Origin: an uncultured Actinomycetes bacterium
GTDB lineage: Bacteria > Actinomycetota > UBA4738 > JBBDTT01
DNA: 64,000 nucleotides
Assembly: GCA_963742735.1 (NCBI GenBank)
Contig: CAVUMN010000002.1
Span: forward strand, 128,001-192,000
Direction: 5' to 3'
Within the stretch, counting starts at the first letter, position 1. Every line of letters begins with the position of its first letter. The notes beneath the pieces were generated by a model. That model had not been told where the DNA came from. It searched no databases and saw nothing but the letters and a program-made list of their open reading frames with translations. Position numbers and translations under genes: made by a program. This document shows positions 29,666-40,265 of this stretch, piece by piece.

Positions 29666-31801
29666 CTAGGGCGGAGCCATAAGTCGATCAGGGTCCTTCT
29701 CGGGCCTGTATGGAATCTCAACGATGACGGGTCGCTCGCTTCTGATCGCCTTGCCGAACACGACGGCATTGAGCTGAGGCAAGTCCCGGAGAAGCTCGGC
29801 ATGCGCCCGTCCATAGACACTCGCGAGAAAGCTAACGCTCGTTTCATCGAAACTGCTGAGGGCCAGGATGGTGTTGCATTGCGTTAGAACATTCTTCGTG
29901 ACGGTCGCTGTGCGCTGGGCGACCACGAGCAAGCCAACACCGTACTTTCGACCCTGTAGGGCGATCTGGGAAATCTTTCCAACGACTCCGCGAGAGTCAT
30001 AGTCGCCTAGGCCCATCGTCGACGCTTCGGGCATTACTGTATGCGCCTCCTCCACCACCAGGAGCACACGGGGGCAGTCATCTGGGTGTTGTTTCGCATA
30101 TCTGAGCAGGCAAGATAGATACAGCTCAGTGATATGAAGAGTCGCCTTGGTGTTGGAGATTTCGTTTAGCGAGATTGTTCCGACTCGATCGCCGCCCTCA
30201 GTGGAGGTCAAGAATCCCTCGATCATCTGCTCGACGTCTTTGGTCAATTCCCCCCGGAATTCCTCCAAGGCCCGTTTCTCGGTCCCTGCCCCATACTGGC
30301 CGGTCTCTACGTCGAAGAGCCGCTCGCCCAGCCTGCGTGCCAGGTCGTCCGAGATGGTCAGATCCCGCGGTGTCACGTCCTGCAATCGCGCTGGGTACTT
30401 CGCAGTAAGGTCTATACAAAGGACCTTGATTCCCTGGTGCACGCAGTGGCGAATAAGTTCGAATGCGAGTTCCGTTTTGCCTGATCCGGTTACGCCCAAG
30501 ATTGCGGTGTGGAAGTCCAGTGTCTTGACGAAGGGGCCTGAGATAGGGACGCCGCTTCCGGGAACAATCCCGAATACGAAGTCACCCTCTGGAATCTCAT
30601 TTCCTTCTCCCAAGTCGGGCGAAGCAGCGAAGACAGCGGAATTCATGGTCGGCAACCAAGCCGCCTTCACGAAACCTCGATGGCGGGTCAGGACCCCTAG
30701 CTGAGCGGCGATCGCGTACTGTGAGCCGAGTCGGTCCGACTCAAGAGACTCCTCCCGCGTCACGCCTTCCATGACCTGGTAGTAAACCGTCTGGCCTGAG
30801 ACGCGGCACGATACAAGCAGGCCTTCCCGACAGAGCTCCTCACGCCACGTCTCAAAGCGGATCTCTCCGATGTTGGAATTCTCGATGACGAATCCGAGCA
30901 ATTGGGAGCCGGGTGTTCCGCCGAGTGCCTCGGCGATGGTCTCTCTGTCAGGCCGGTCAGCATCCGTGAGGGCATAGACAGAGCCACCGATTAGGCCTGG
31001 GATTGACTCTCCCGGACGTTTTGCTATGAGCCCCGTCCCGATTGCTTGTTGATCCCGCACCTGTCTGTACAGGGGCACGAGGAAATGCTGATGACCGTCC
31101 CCGTCCTGATATAGGCGTGGGGTTTCTTCCGTCCATCCCGCGCCAGGTCGAAGCGCGACACGAACTAGGTTTGGCCACTCGCTCAGGGTTACACGTCCCA
31201 GGGCCTCTAGCGTCTCCTTCGGTGCTCTGCGTCTGCTCAAGAATTGCGGAACTCTGAGGGGCCACAAAGCGACGAAGAGTCCCCAAAACACAACGAGCCA
31301 AGCCGTTTCGCGGGATCGCGAACCGTAGAAGGAGAATACGGCGAACAGAAAGACCACTGACTGCAGAAGTCGAGCCCTACCAAGGAGAACAGCAGGTTGA
31401 TAGGTGGCGGCCGCGACTCGCTTTCGCCAGCCCGTGAGATCCGGTCCCGTGCTAACGACGATGCACGTCGAAGCCATGAAGAAGACCACGACGCAGTAGC
31501 TGGTCACCAGCCACCAGCCCAAGCGTGGAGCTGAGCGGTAAACCGTGACGAGAGTGATTATTCCTGCCAACGCATTTACAGCGGAGTCTGCTGGGCGAGT
31601 GAACTTGTGTTCCAGAATTGCTGAGCCGAGCACCACCAGAAGCAGTCCTCCTTGAAAAACGGCGGACTCCTCCGGCCGCCTCGGCACCCACGCGCCCGTG
31701 AGAATTCGCGCGAGAACGGCGGCCACGCCGAGCGTCGTGAGCATTATCAAGACGCGAACCCACGGGGCGACGTACTCCTCCCGTTGGGCCTGTCGGGCCA
31801 T
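29666..31801 (-). CDS. Multi-TM HerA/FtsK-family ATPase (DUF87)
   Basis: About 6 hydrophobic helices in the first 185 aa; HAS-barrel-like middle; HTAILGVTGSGKT, LVVEEAH, GRKYGVGLLVVAQR. Confidence 0.85.
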   Translation of the reverse strand: MARQAQREEYVAPWVRVLIMLTTLGVAAVLARILTGAWVPRRPEESAVFQGGLLLVVLGSAILEHKFTRPADSAVNALAGIITLVTVYRSAPRLGWWLVTSYCVVVFFMASTCIVVSTGPDLTGWRKRVAAATYQPAVLLGRARLLQSVVFLFAVFSFYGSRSRETAWLVVFWGLFVALWPLRVPQFLSRRRAPKETLEALGRVTLSEWPNLVRVALRPGAGWTEETPRLYQDGDGHQHFLVPLYRQVRDQQAIGTGLIAKRPGESIPGLIGGSVYALTDADRPDRETIAEALGGTPGSQLLGFVIENSNIGEIRFETWREELCREGLLVSCRVSGQTVYYQVMEGVTREESLESDRLGSQYAIAAQLGVLTRHRGFVKAAWLPTMNSAVFAASPDLGEGNEIPEGDFVFGIVPGSGVPISGPFVKTLDFHTAILGVTGSGKTELAFELIRHCVHQGIKVLCIDLTAKYPARLQDVTPRDLTISDDLARRLGERLFDVETGQYGAGTEKRALEEFRGELTKDVEQMIEGFLTSTEGGDRVGTISLNEISNTKATLHITELYLSCLLRYAKQHPDDCPRVLLVVEEAHTVMPEASTMGLGDYDSRGVVGKISQIALQGRKYGVGLLVVAQRTATVTKNVLTQCNTILALSSFDETSVSFLASVYGRAHAELLRDLPQLNAVVFGKAIRSERPVIVEIPYRPEKDPDRLMAPP

Positions 31802-31920
31802 CTTTGAACCCCTTCGAGGGTCGTTACCCCGTAGTCTTGCAGTTCCCCTGAGATCTACGAGCCCGGCCGCGTGGATAAACTCAGCTTCAGCGCTGCGACG
31901 AGACCGGGAGGCTTCCCTAA

Positions 31921-32728
31921 ATGACCAAGTACGTCTACGACTTCTCTGAAGGTAATCGCGACATGAAGGACCTCCTTGGGGGGAAGGGGGCCCAACCTTG
32001 CGGAGATGACCAACCTCGGGCTGCCGGTGCCGCCTGGGTTCACCATCACTACTGAGGCTTGCCTCACCTACCTCAAGGAGACGACTTCCCGGCCGGCCTT
32101 CTCGACGAGGCTTCGACGCACCTCGCCACCCTCGAGTCCACCATGGGCCGCAAGCTCGGCGACCCGTCTAACCCTCAGCTCGTCTCCGTTCGCTCCGGGG
32201 CCAAGTTCTCCATGCCGGGGATGATGGATACCGTCCTCAACCTCGGGCTCAACGATCAGTCAGTTGAGGGACTGGGCGAAGCAGTCCGAGCGACCTTCGC
32301 TTCGCGCGCGACGCGTATCGCCGCTTCATCCAGATGTTCGGCAAGATCGTGCTCGACATCCCCGGCGACAAGTTCGAGGAGGTCCTCGACCACGCCAAGG
32401 AGGCCGCCGGCGTCAAGACCGACCCCGAGCTGAACCCCGACCAGCTCGCCACCCTCATCGAGTCCTTCAAGCAGATCATCCGCGACGCGACCGGCTCCGA
32501 CTTTCCGCAGGACCCGCGCGAGCAGCTGCGCCAGGCCATCGTCGCCGTCTTCTCCTCCTGGAACGGCGACCGCGCCATCGCGTACCGCCGCCAGAACAAG
32601 ATCTCCGATGATCTCGGGACCGCGGTCAACGTCCAGGCCATGGTGTTCGGCAACATGGGCGAGGACGTGGTCGCCGGCATCCGCAACACCTTGCGCATCG
32701 CCGAGCTCGGGTCCATCAACAAGGCGGC
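31921..32728 (+). pseudogene. Degenerate 5' fragment of ppdK
   Basis: Colinear with 36230-37126 from the ATG, with synonymous changes, indels and a 90-bp internal deletion; ends abruptly. Confidence 0.9.
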
Positions 32729-32784
32729 ATGACCCGCGACCGGCTCGTACGTCTGCAGCCGCGTCTCTCCGGCCGCTGGATCGC

Positions 32785-35340
32785 CTAAGCGTCGATCCGC
32801 TCCAGGCCGAGCTCCAGGGCATCGTCCGACTTCAGCCCCCGGCCGGCGACGAGCTCGCGCTCGAAGACTTCGTCCGACAGCGCGGCCCGCGCGTCTTGCT
32901 CCCACCCCTGCTCGATCTCGGCGATCTGCGGCCACGGGATCAGTCCCAGGGGTCGGCGGACCGCGTCGCACGCGCCGAGCATCTGCGCGGCGCGCTCCGG
33001 GGCGTCCTCCGCGAGGGCCAGGCCCGCCAGGCACGCCAGGACGTAGCCGGTCCCGGCCCGCGAGTCGATGTCCCGGTATCGCGCCACGGCCAGCCGCAGG
33101 TGCTCGCGCGCCTCGTCGAGCTCCCCGGCGCGCACCGAGTCGACGGCGAGGTGGTAGTGCGACTCCGCCTGCATGTTCACGTCGCCGAGCGAGCGGCCGA
33201 GCGACAACGCTTCGGCGTGCGCCGCCTTCGCCGCGGCGACGTCGCCGTCGTTGAGGAACAGGTCGCCCTGGTGTGACCGCGCGTAGGCAAGGCCGACCAT
33301 GTCGCCCGCCGCTCGGAACGTCCCCGCCGCCGACTCGAACTCCGCTCGCGCGGGGCCGTCCGGGTCGTACGGCCTGGACACGGCGAGGATCAGCTGCAGC
33401 ATCCCGGCGCGCTTCGGATCGCCGATCTCCTCCCACGCCGCGAGCGCCTTCGGCCCGAAGGTCGTCAGCTCCTCGTACCGAGACGACGTGAACAGACGTC
33501 CAGCCTGCATCCAGTGGACCATCGCCCAGTCGCGCGGGGTCATCGCCCGCGCCGACGGGGAGCCCTCCAGGACCGCGCTCAGGTCCGGCAACCGCTGGAG
33601 GCCCACCCGGATCTGCCAGAAGACCCACGCCGCGCCCATCGGATCGAGGATCGGCCCGACCGATCGGCCGGTCTCGATCAGCCACCCGAGGACCGCGAAC
33701 AGGTTCCCGACCTCGCCGTCGAGCCGCAGCACGGTCTCGGTCTGCTCGGCCGTGTGCAGCCGCGGGGCCTCCGCCCCGAACACCTCCATCAGACGCTCGT
33801 GCAGGTTCTCGAACACCCGGTCTCGGTCGCCGGAGGTGTCCAGCCGCGCGGACGCGTACGTGCGCACGATCTCGAGCATCCGGAAGCCCGGCTCGCCGTC
33901 CGGACGCTCGCCGACGGAGACCAGGCTGTGATCCACCAGCGTGGACAGATCCTCGACGACGTCATCCGCGTCCCACCCGCACACCGCCTCGACCGCGTCC
34001 AGCGTGAACGCCCCGCGAAAGACCGACGCTCGCTCGAGCAGCCGCCGAGCGGACGGGGTGAGCAGGCCGTAACTCCAGTCGAGCGTGGCCGCCAGCGTCT
34101 GCTGGCGCTCCGGCAGGTCGGCGAAGCCGCCGGCCAGGTCGAGCCGGCTGCCCAGGCGTTCGAGCACCTGCTCGGGCGAGAGCATGCGGAGCTGGGCGCT
34201 GGCCAGCTCGAGGGCCAGCGGCAGCCCGTCGAGCCGGCGCGAGAGCTCCGCGATCGCGGCCGCGTTGCGGGGCGTCACGTCGAAGGACCGCCGGACGTCG
34301 CGAGCCCGCTCGATCAGCAACGACGTCGCCGGTGCCGTCTCCACCTCCGCGGCCTCCGCCGAGCTCGGCAGCGCGAGCGGCAAGACCGGCCATTCGCGCT
34401 CCCCGCGCAGGCGCAGGACCGCGCGGCTCGTCACCACGACGTGGACATGCGGGCACCGGTGGAGGAGCTCGGCGAGCTCGTCGCCGGCCGCGACGACCTG
34501 CTCGAAGTTGTCCAGCAGCAACAGCATCCGCTTGCCCGCCAGCCGCCGGACGATCGCCTCGAGCGCGGGCTCGGTTCCCTCCGGCCGCACCCCGCACGCG
34601 GCGGCGACGGCGTCGAGCACGCGCGCCGGATCGAGCGTGGTGGTCAGGTCGACCCACGCCACCCCGTCGGTCCACCGGTCGCGCGTGCGCTCGGCGACCG
34701 CCAGGGCGAGCCGCGTCTTCCCGATGCCCCCAACCCCCGTCAGCGTCACCAGCCGCGTTGTGCCGTCGGTGAGGGTCTCGATGAGCCGCTCGACCTCCTC
34801 GTCGCGCCCGACCAGGCGCGTGACCGGCTGCGGGGGAGCGGCGAGCGGGCTCCCCGGCGCGCTCGGCGCCGCGAAGCGCTCGGTCAGCATGACCACGAGG
34901 TCGTCGGCCAGCAGGACGCGCAGCTCGCCGGCGTCGGCGAACGACTTGTACGAGACGTCCTCGGATTGCAGCTCCGTGAGGAGGTCCTTCAGCCGGGGCT
35001 CGATCTCGGGCGCCGGGCGCTTCAGGTACATCAGGCGCGGCATCGCGGCCCCGAGCCGGAACTCGTCCTCCAGCCCGGAGATCTCCATGTCCGGCCCGAC
35101 CCAGCCGTAGCGCTGCCAGTAGATCCCAACGAAGACGTCGGACTGTTCGAGGTAGGCGCGGTACAGGGCCCGCGGCGGATGCGGCCGCGCGCCGAGCTCG
35201 AACATGACCGGCGTCAGCCGCAGTCCCTCGATGGCCTCGCGCGCCGCGGCACGCTCGTCGGCCAGCTCGCCGAGCGTCGACGAGACGAACACGCGGAGCC
35301 GCTGATCCGGCGTTCGGATGCCCGCCGTTTCCTCGTCCAT
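32785..35340 (-). CDS. DUF4062 / NB-ARC (STAND) ATPase / TPR protein
   Basis: LRVFVSST..ER..SDVFVGIY; GVGGIGKT, LLLDNFEQ, LDGLPLALELA; TPR-like C-terminus. Confidence 0.85.
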   Translation of the reverse strand: MDEETAGIRTPDQRLRVFVSSTLGELADERAAAREAIEGLRLTPVMFELGARPHPPRALYRAYLEQSDVFVGIYWQRYGWVGPDMEISGLEDEFRLGAAMPRLMYLKRPAPEIEPRLKDLLTELQSEDVSYKSFADAGELRVLLADDLVVMLTERFAAPSAPGSPLAAPPQPVTRLVGRDEEVERLIETLTDGTTRLVTLTGVGGIGKTRLALAVAERTRDRWTDGVAWVDLTTTLDPARVLDAVAAACGVRPEGTEPALEAIVRRLAGKRMLLLLDNFEQVVAAGDELAELLHRCPHVHVVVTSRAVLRLRGEREWPVLPLALPSSAEAAEVETAPATSLLIERARDVRRSFDVTPRNAAAIAELSRRLDGLPLALELASAQLRMLSPEQVLERLGSRLDLAGGFADLPERQQTLAATLDWSYGLLTPSARRLLERASVFRGAFTLDAVEAVCGWDADDVVEDLSTLVDHSLVSVGERPDGEPGFRMLEIVRTYASARLDTSGDRDRVFENLHERLMEVFGAEAPRLHTAEQTETVLRLDGEVGNLFAVLGWLIETGRSVGPILDPMGAAWVFWQIRVGLQRLPDLSAVLEGSPSARAMTPRDWAMVHWMQAGRLFTSSRYEELTTFGPKALAAWEEIGDPKRAGMLQLILAVSRPYDPDGPARAEFESAAGTFRAAGDMVGLAYARSHQGDLFLNDGDVAAAKAAHAEALSLGRSLGDVNMQAESHYHLAVDSVRAGELDEAREHLRLAVARYRDIDSRAGTGYVLACLAGLALAEDAPERAAQMLGACDAVRRPLGLIPWPQIAEIEQGWEQDARAALSDEVFERELVAGRGLKSDDALELGLERIDA

Positions 35341-35463
35341 CCCGCCGACAGGCTAGTCGCGTCCGGCGCTGTGGCCACCCGTGGTTGGCCAGAACGTCCC
35401 TTCGCGCGTTCGCGGTACGGCCCTCCACTGTTCCACCCATGGCGTAGCCAGCTGTGGCCAAGC

Positions 35464-35660
35464 TCACGCCGCGAAGCACGACCCGATGACGTCGGCGACC
35501 TCCTCCGCCCCGACCTTGCCCTTCCTCGCCAATCGCTCGGACATCTTGGTGAACCCGGAGACGTCGACGAACGTCAGCGAGCCGTTGATGCGCTGATGGG
35601 GGGTCTCGGCCGGCCGGTGGGTGACGAGCCGCGGGAGGTACGGGCGCAGCCGGTCCGCCT
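35464..35660 (-). pseudogene. N-terminal fragment of an adenylate/guanylate cyclase gene
   Basis: LRPYLPR..GSLTFVDVSGFTKMSERLARKGKVGAEEV then stop. Confidence 0.7.
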
Positions 35661-35836
35661 CGATCGAGGCGTTCGCGGTGGGCTCCCGCCCGGGGCGTGA
35701 GACCGGCATCCGTCTCCCGTTCGCGGGGCGCCCCAGTGGACTGAGGACACGCCTGCACCAGAGCCTGCAGCACCCTCTGTCAGAGGCCAGGGATAGGGTG
35801 GCGCGCGTCTCCCCCTCCGAAGATGGGAGACGTACG

Positions 35837-36172
35837 ATGGCCGTGAGTGAACGCGATCGCCACCAGTTGTTCCAAGCGCTTCAGGGGAAGCTCGGTCCCG
35901 CCGAGGCGGAGACGATGATGGCGCTACTCCCACCTCTCGGCTGGGCCGACGTCGCCACGAAGCACGATATCGCGGAGCTCGAGAAGCGCATCGACCTTCG
36001 TTTCGAGGCTACCGGCGAACGCATCAAGACACTGGAGCACGCGCTCCTGGAGTCGTTCGAGCGTGGTCTCAAGGAGCAGGCTCACCGATTCACCATGTTC
36101 GCGCTCGCGCTCAACTCCGCGCTTGCCGTTGTGGTAGCCGGGCTCGCCTTCGCGGCGGCCCGCCTCGTGTGA
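35837..36172 (+). CDS. DUF1640/CCDC90-like coiled-coil protein with C-terminal TM
   Basis: LPPLGWADVATKHDI..coiled coil..hydrophobic tail. Confidence 0.65.
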   Translation: MAVSERDRHQLFQALQGKLGPAEAETMMALLPPLGWADVATKHDIAELEKRIDLRFEATGERIKTLEHALLESFERGLKEQAHRFTMFALALNSALAVVVAGLAFAAARLV

Positions 36173-36229
36173 CCGCTCGCTAGACTCGCTCCCAGCGCCG
36201 GGCGACCGAACGTGGGAGGCATCACACTG

Positions 36230-38955
36230 ATGACCAAGTTCGTCTACGACTTCTCCGAAGGCAACCGCGAGATGAAGGACCTCCTGGGGGGCAAGGGGGC
36301 CAACCTCGCGGAGATGACGAACCTGGGCCTGCCCGTGCCTCCCGGCTTCACCATCACCACCGAGGCGTGCCTGACCTACCTGAAGGAGAACGACTTCCCG
36401 GCCGGGCTCCTCGAGGAGGCGTTCGAGCACCTCTCCACACTCGAGTCCACCATGTCCCGCTCCCTCGGCGACCCGTCCGACCCCCAACTCGTCTCCGTCC
36501 GCTCGGGGGCGAAGTTCTCCATGCCCGGCATGATGGATACCGTCCTCAACCTCGGCCTGAACGACCAGTCGGTCGAGGGCCTCGCGAAGCAGTCCGGCGA
36601 CCTCCGCTTCGCGCGCGACGCGTACCGCCGCTTCATCCAGATGTTCGGCAAGATCGTCCTGGACATCGACGGCGAGAAGTTCGAGGAGGTCCTCGACCAC
36701 GCCAAGGAACAGGCAGGCGTCAAGACGGACCCCGAGCTGAACCCCGACCAGCTCGCCGAGGTCATCGAGACCTTCAAGGGCATCATCAAGGCCGAGCACG
36801 GCTCCGAGTTCCCCCAGGATCCCCGCGAGCAGCTGAAGGCCGCGATCGTCGCCGTCTTCTCCTCCTGGAACGGCGCCCGCGCCATCGCGTACCGCCGCCA
36901 GAACAAGATCTCCGACGACCTCGGCACCGCGGTCAACGTCCAGGCCATGGTGTTCGGCAACATGGGCGAGGACTCCGGCACCGGCGTCGCGTTCACCCGC
37001 GACCCCGCCACCGGCCAGAAGGTCCCCTACGGCGACTACCTCGTGAACGCCCAGGGCGAGGACGTCGTCGCCGGCATCCGCAACACCCTGCGCATGGCAG
37101 ACCTTGAGTCGATCAACAAGGCCGCGTACGACGAGCTCATGCAGAACATGGACGTGCTCGAGCAGCACTACCGGGACATGAACGACATCGAGTTCACGAT
37201 TGAAAAGAAGAAGCTCTGGATGCTCCAGACCCGTATCGGCAAGCGCACCGCGTTCGCCGAGTGGATCATGGCGAAGGACATGCTCGACGAAGGGCTGATC
37301 GACGAGGACACGGCTCTTCTTCGCGTCGACGCCGAACCGCCTCGAGGAGCTCTTCAAGAAGGTCATCTCCACCGACGCGAAGGCCAAGGCGAACGCCATC
37401 GCCTCCGGCCTCAACGCGTCAGCCCGGCGCGGCCACCGGCAAGGTCGTGTTCACCGCCGACGCCGCGGCCGAGGCCGGCAACAACGGCGAGCGGGTCATC
37501 CTGGTCCGCCGCGAGACGACCCCCGACGACTACCACGGCATGATCGCCGCCCAGGGCATCCTCACCTCCGCCGGCGGCACGAACTCCCACGCCGCCGTCG
37601 TGGCCCGCGGCGAGGGGATCCCCGCCGTCTGCGGCGCCGACGCCATCCGTATCGACCGCAAGGCCGGGCAGTTCGTCGCCAACGGCACCACCGTCAAGGA
37701 AGGCGACGTCATCACCATCGACGGCTTCGACGGCAACGTCTACGTCGGCGAGCTCCCCCTCGAGGAGTCCAAGCTCGAGAAGGCCCGCGGCGGCGACGCC
37801 GAGTCCCGCAAGGAGAAGATCTGGCAGGCCTTCGAGGCCCTCATGGCGCACGCCGACAAATCCCGCCGTCTGAAGGTCCGCGCCAACGCCGACACCCCCG
37901 ACCAGGCCACCAACGCCGTCGCCCGCGGCGCCCAGGGGATCGGCCTGTGCCGCACCGAGCACATGTTCCTCGGCGAGGAGCGCGTCGCCGCGGTCCGCAA
38001 GATGATCTTCGCCGACACCGCCGAGGAGGAGGCCGCCGCCTACGAGGCCCTCCTCCCGCTCCAGCGCGAGGACTTCGTCGGCATCTTCGAGGCCATGGAC
38101 GGCCTGCCCGTCACCGTCCGCCTGCTCGACCCGCCCCTGCACGAGTTCCTGCCCAACCACGTCGACGCGGCCGTGGCCGTCGCCGTCGCCGAGTCGCAGA
38201 ACGCCGAGAGCGTCGTGATCGACGACGAGAAGCTCTCCATGGACGACGCGAAGGCCCTGCTCCACCAGCTCGAGGCCCTCCACGAGGCGAACCCCATGCT
38301 CGGCCTCCGCGGCGTCCGCCTGGGGATCCTCAAGCCCGGCCTGTACGCCATGCAGGTCCGCGCCATCGTCGAGGCCGCCATCGCCCGCAAGCAGGCCGGC
38401 GGCAACCCGGTCGTCGAGATCATGATCCCGCTCGTCGCCACCCGCGCCGAGCTCGAGCAGATGCGCGACGAGCTCGAGCCGGTCGCCGAGAAGCTCATCG
38501 AGGATGCCGGCGCCGGCGAGCTCGACATCCTGTGGGGGACCATGATCGAGCTGCCCCGCGCGGCCGTCGCCGCCGGCGACATCGCCGAGGTCGCCGAGTT
38601 CTTCTCCTTCGGCACCAACGACCTCACCCAGACCGCGTTCGGGTTCAGCCGCGACGACATCGGCAAGTTCCTCGGCATGTACGAGGAGCGCAAGCTCGTC
38701 CCCGCCAACCCCTTCGTGACCATCGACCGCCAGGGCGTCGGCGAGCTCATGAAGATGGCCGTGGAACGCGGCAAGGCCGCCAACGACCACCTCCACCTCG
38801 GCATCTGCGGCGAGCACGGAGGAGACCCCGCGAGCGTCGTCTTCTGCCACGAGCTCGGCCTGGACTACGTCAGCTGCAGCCCCTTCAGGATCGAAACCGC
38901 CAGGCTCGCCGCCGGCCAGGCCGCAGTGGGGCTGGCCGAAGTCGCCTCGAAGTAA
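36230..38955 (+). CDS. ppdK: Pyruvate phosphate dikinase (two frameshifts near 37335 and 37420, probably sequencing errors)
   Basis: [67 protein letters not shown]. Confidence 0.95.
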
Positions 38956-39019
38956 TCGTGTCACTGCAGGGTGATTGACTTCCCAACTGCCCGGAAGGAA
39001 GGTTGCCCGAGGTGGTGAC

Positions 39020-39232
39020 GTGAGCGAGCAAGAGCGAAAGGATCTCCCCGACCAGCCCCCTTGGGATCCGCCTCCGCCGGGGTTCATGGATCGGCCCGAG
39101 GTCAAGAAGGCGGTCGAGGACACGCTGCGCCGCATGCGCGAGCGCAAGGACTGGAAGCCGGGCCGGACGGTAGACGAGATCTTCGACGAGTTCGAGGCCC
39201 GTGAGCGCAAACGTCTGGCGTCTGGAGACTGA
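39020..39232 (+). CDS. Putative antitoxin, module A (PPGFMDRPEVK motif)
   Basis: 70 aa, GAGG SD; paralogue of 43114-43320; overlaps the downstream gene. Confidence 0.6.
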   Translation: MSEQERKDLPDQPPWDPPPPGFMDRPEVKKAVEDTLRRMRERKDWKPGRTVDEIFDEFEARERKRLASGD

Positions 39233-39462
39233 CGCTGAATTCAGGCTGCTCGTTCCATGGCTTGAACAAACCAGGTCAGAGCCCCTCAGGCAGGGCCGCG
39301 ATGCGCGAGTGGCTGGCTTGGTTGAGCACTCACCCTGGCGGTGGAGCCCAGGAAGTACCAGGGGTCTACTCGGCGACGGTGCGCGGGGCGGGCGTAATCG
39401 TTGTCTGGACGCTCGATCACGACAAGCGAGAGATCGCGCTCGCTCTGATCGGCGAAGCGTGA
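39201..39462 (+). CDS. Putative RelE/ParE-like toxin, module A (frameshift near 39260-39295)
   Basis: MSANVWRLE.. then EVPGVYSATV..VIVVWTLD..IALALIG; aligns with 43283-43543. Confidence 0.55.
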
Positions 39463-39753
39463 GACACGAAGGGGTCCGCACCTGACACCAGAGACGACGT
39501 CGCCTCCCGCCGCCACTCACGAAAAATAGCGGCGGCGCTATGTTCCCGGCCGGCTGAGGCGACTCGTGGATGACCGCCCAACGCTTCCGTGCGGGACGCT
39601 GCGGGACCTACTGCGGCGCGGCACCTCGCACCGCTCGCCGAACCCCTGGATATAGCGCCTGTGGTCTATTCCGCTGAGTCGCCGTGCGGAGGCCTCGCCT
39701 CCCCTCCGGCACCGCCGCCCAACCATGACGGCCTTGGGGCAAGCTACTGCTGC

Positions 39754-40137
39754 ATGAAGCTCGTCTATCTCTACGTGGGTTCGAACGATGTGGGCGCCGA
39801 CCTCGAGCTCTACCGCGACGGCCTGGGCGCCCAAGTCGTCCTCGACATCTCCTCCGGCGGAACCCGCGTCGCCGCCGTCAGGTTCGGCGACGACCCCAAG
39901 AGTCCGCTCTGGCTCCTCGCCGACCACCGACGAGCCCCCAACGTCCTCCCCATCTGGGCGGTCGACGACCTGGACGCCACAACACGCGCCCTGAAGTCCG
40001 CCGGCTACAAGGACAACCTCGGCCATCGGGTCGAGGTGCCCGACGGCCCGGTCCAGCTCCTCACGGACCCGAGCGGGAACCAGATCGGCCTGATGGAGCA
40101 GACCCGCCCCAGCATCCTGGAGCGCGGCGGCCACTGA
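39754..40137 (+). CDS. VOC family protein
   Basis: FY-like LELYRDGLG, WAVDDLD, DPSGNQIGLME. Confidence 0.8.
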   Translation: MKLVYLYVGSNDVGADLELYRDGLGAQVVLDISSGGTRVAAVRFGDDPKSPLWLLADHRRAPNVLPIWAVDDLDATTRALKSAGYKDNLGHRVEVPDGPVQLLTDPSGNQIGLMEQTRPSILERGGH

Positions 40138-40265
40138 AATCCCCCGTCCGGGGCCCAACCACCCCCGGCCGGGCGATGTGCCGTGTCACCGCCCCGCGCT
40201 AGCGTGCGTCTGGTCAATCGTTCGGTCCCCTCCCTCGCCTGAACGCGAGTGGGAGGTGGTGCGTC

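Noticed and set aside
17551-31801. Prophage or conjugative element
   Set aside because: No structural, terminase, relaxase, T4SS or integrase genes
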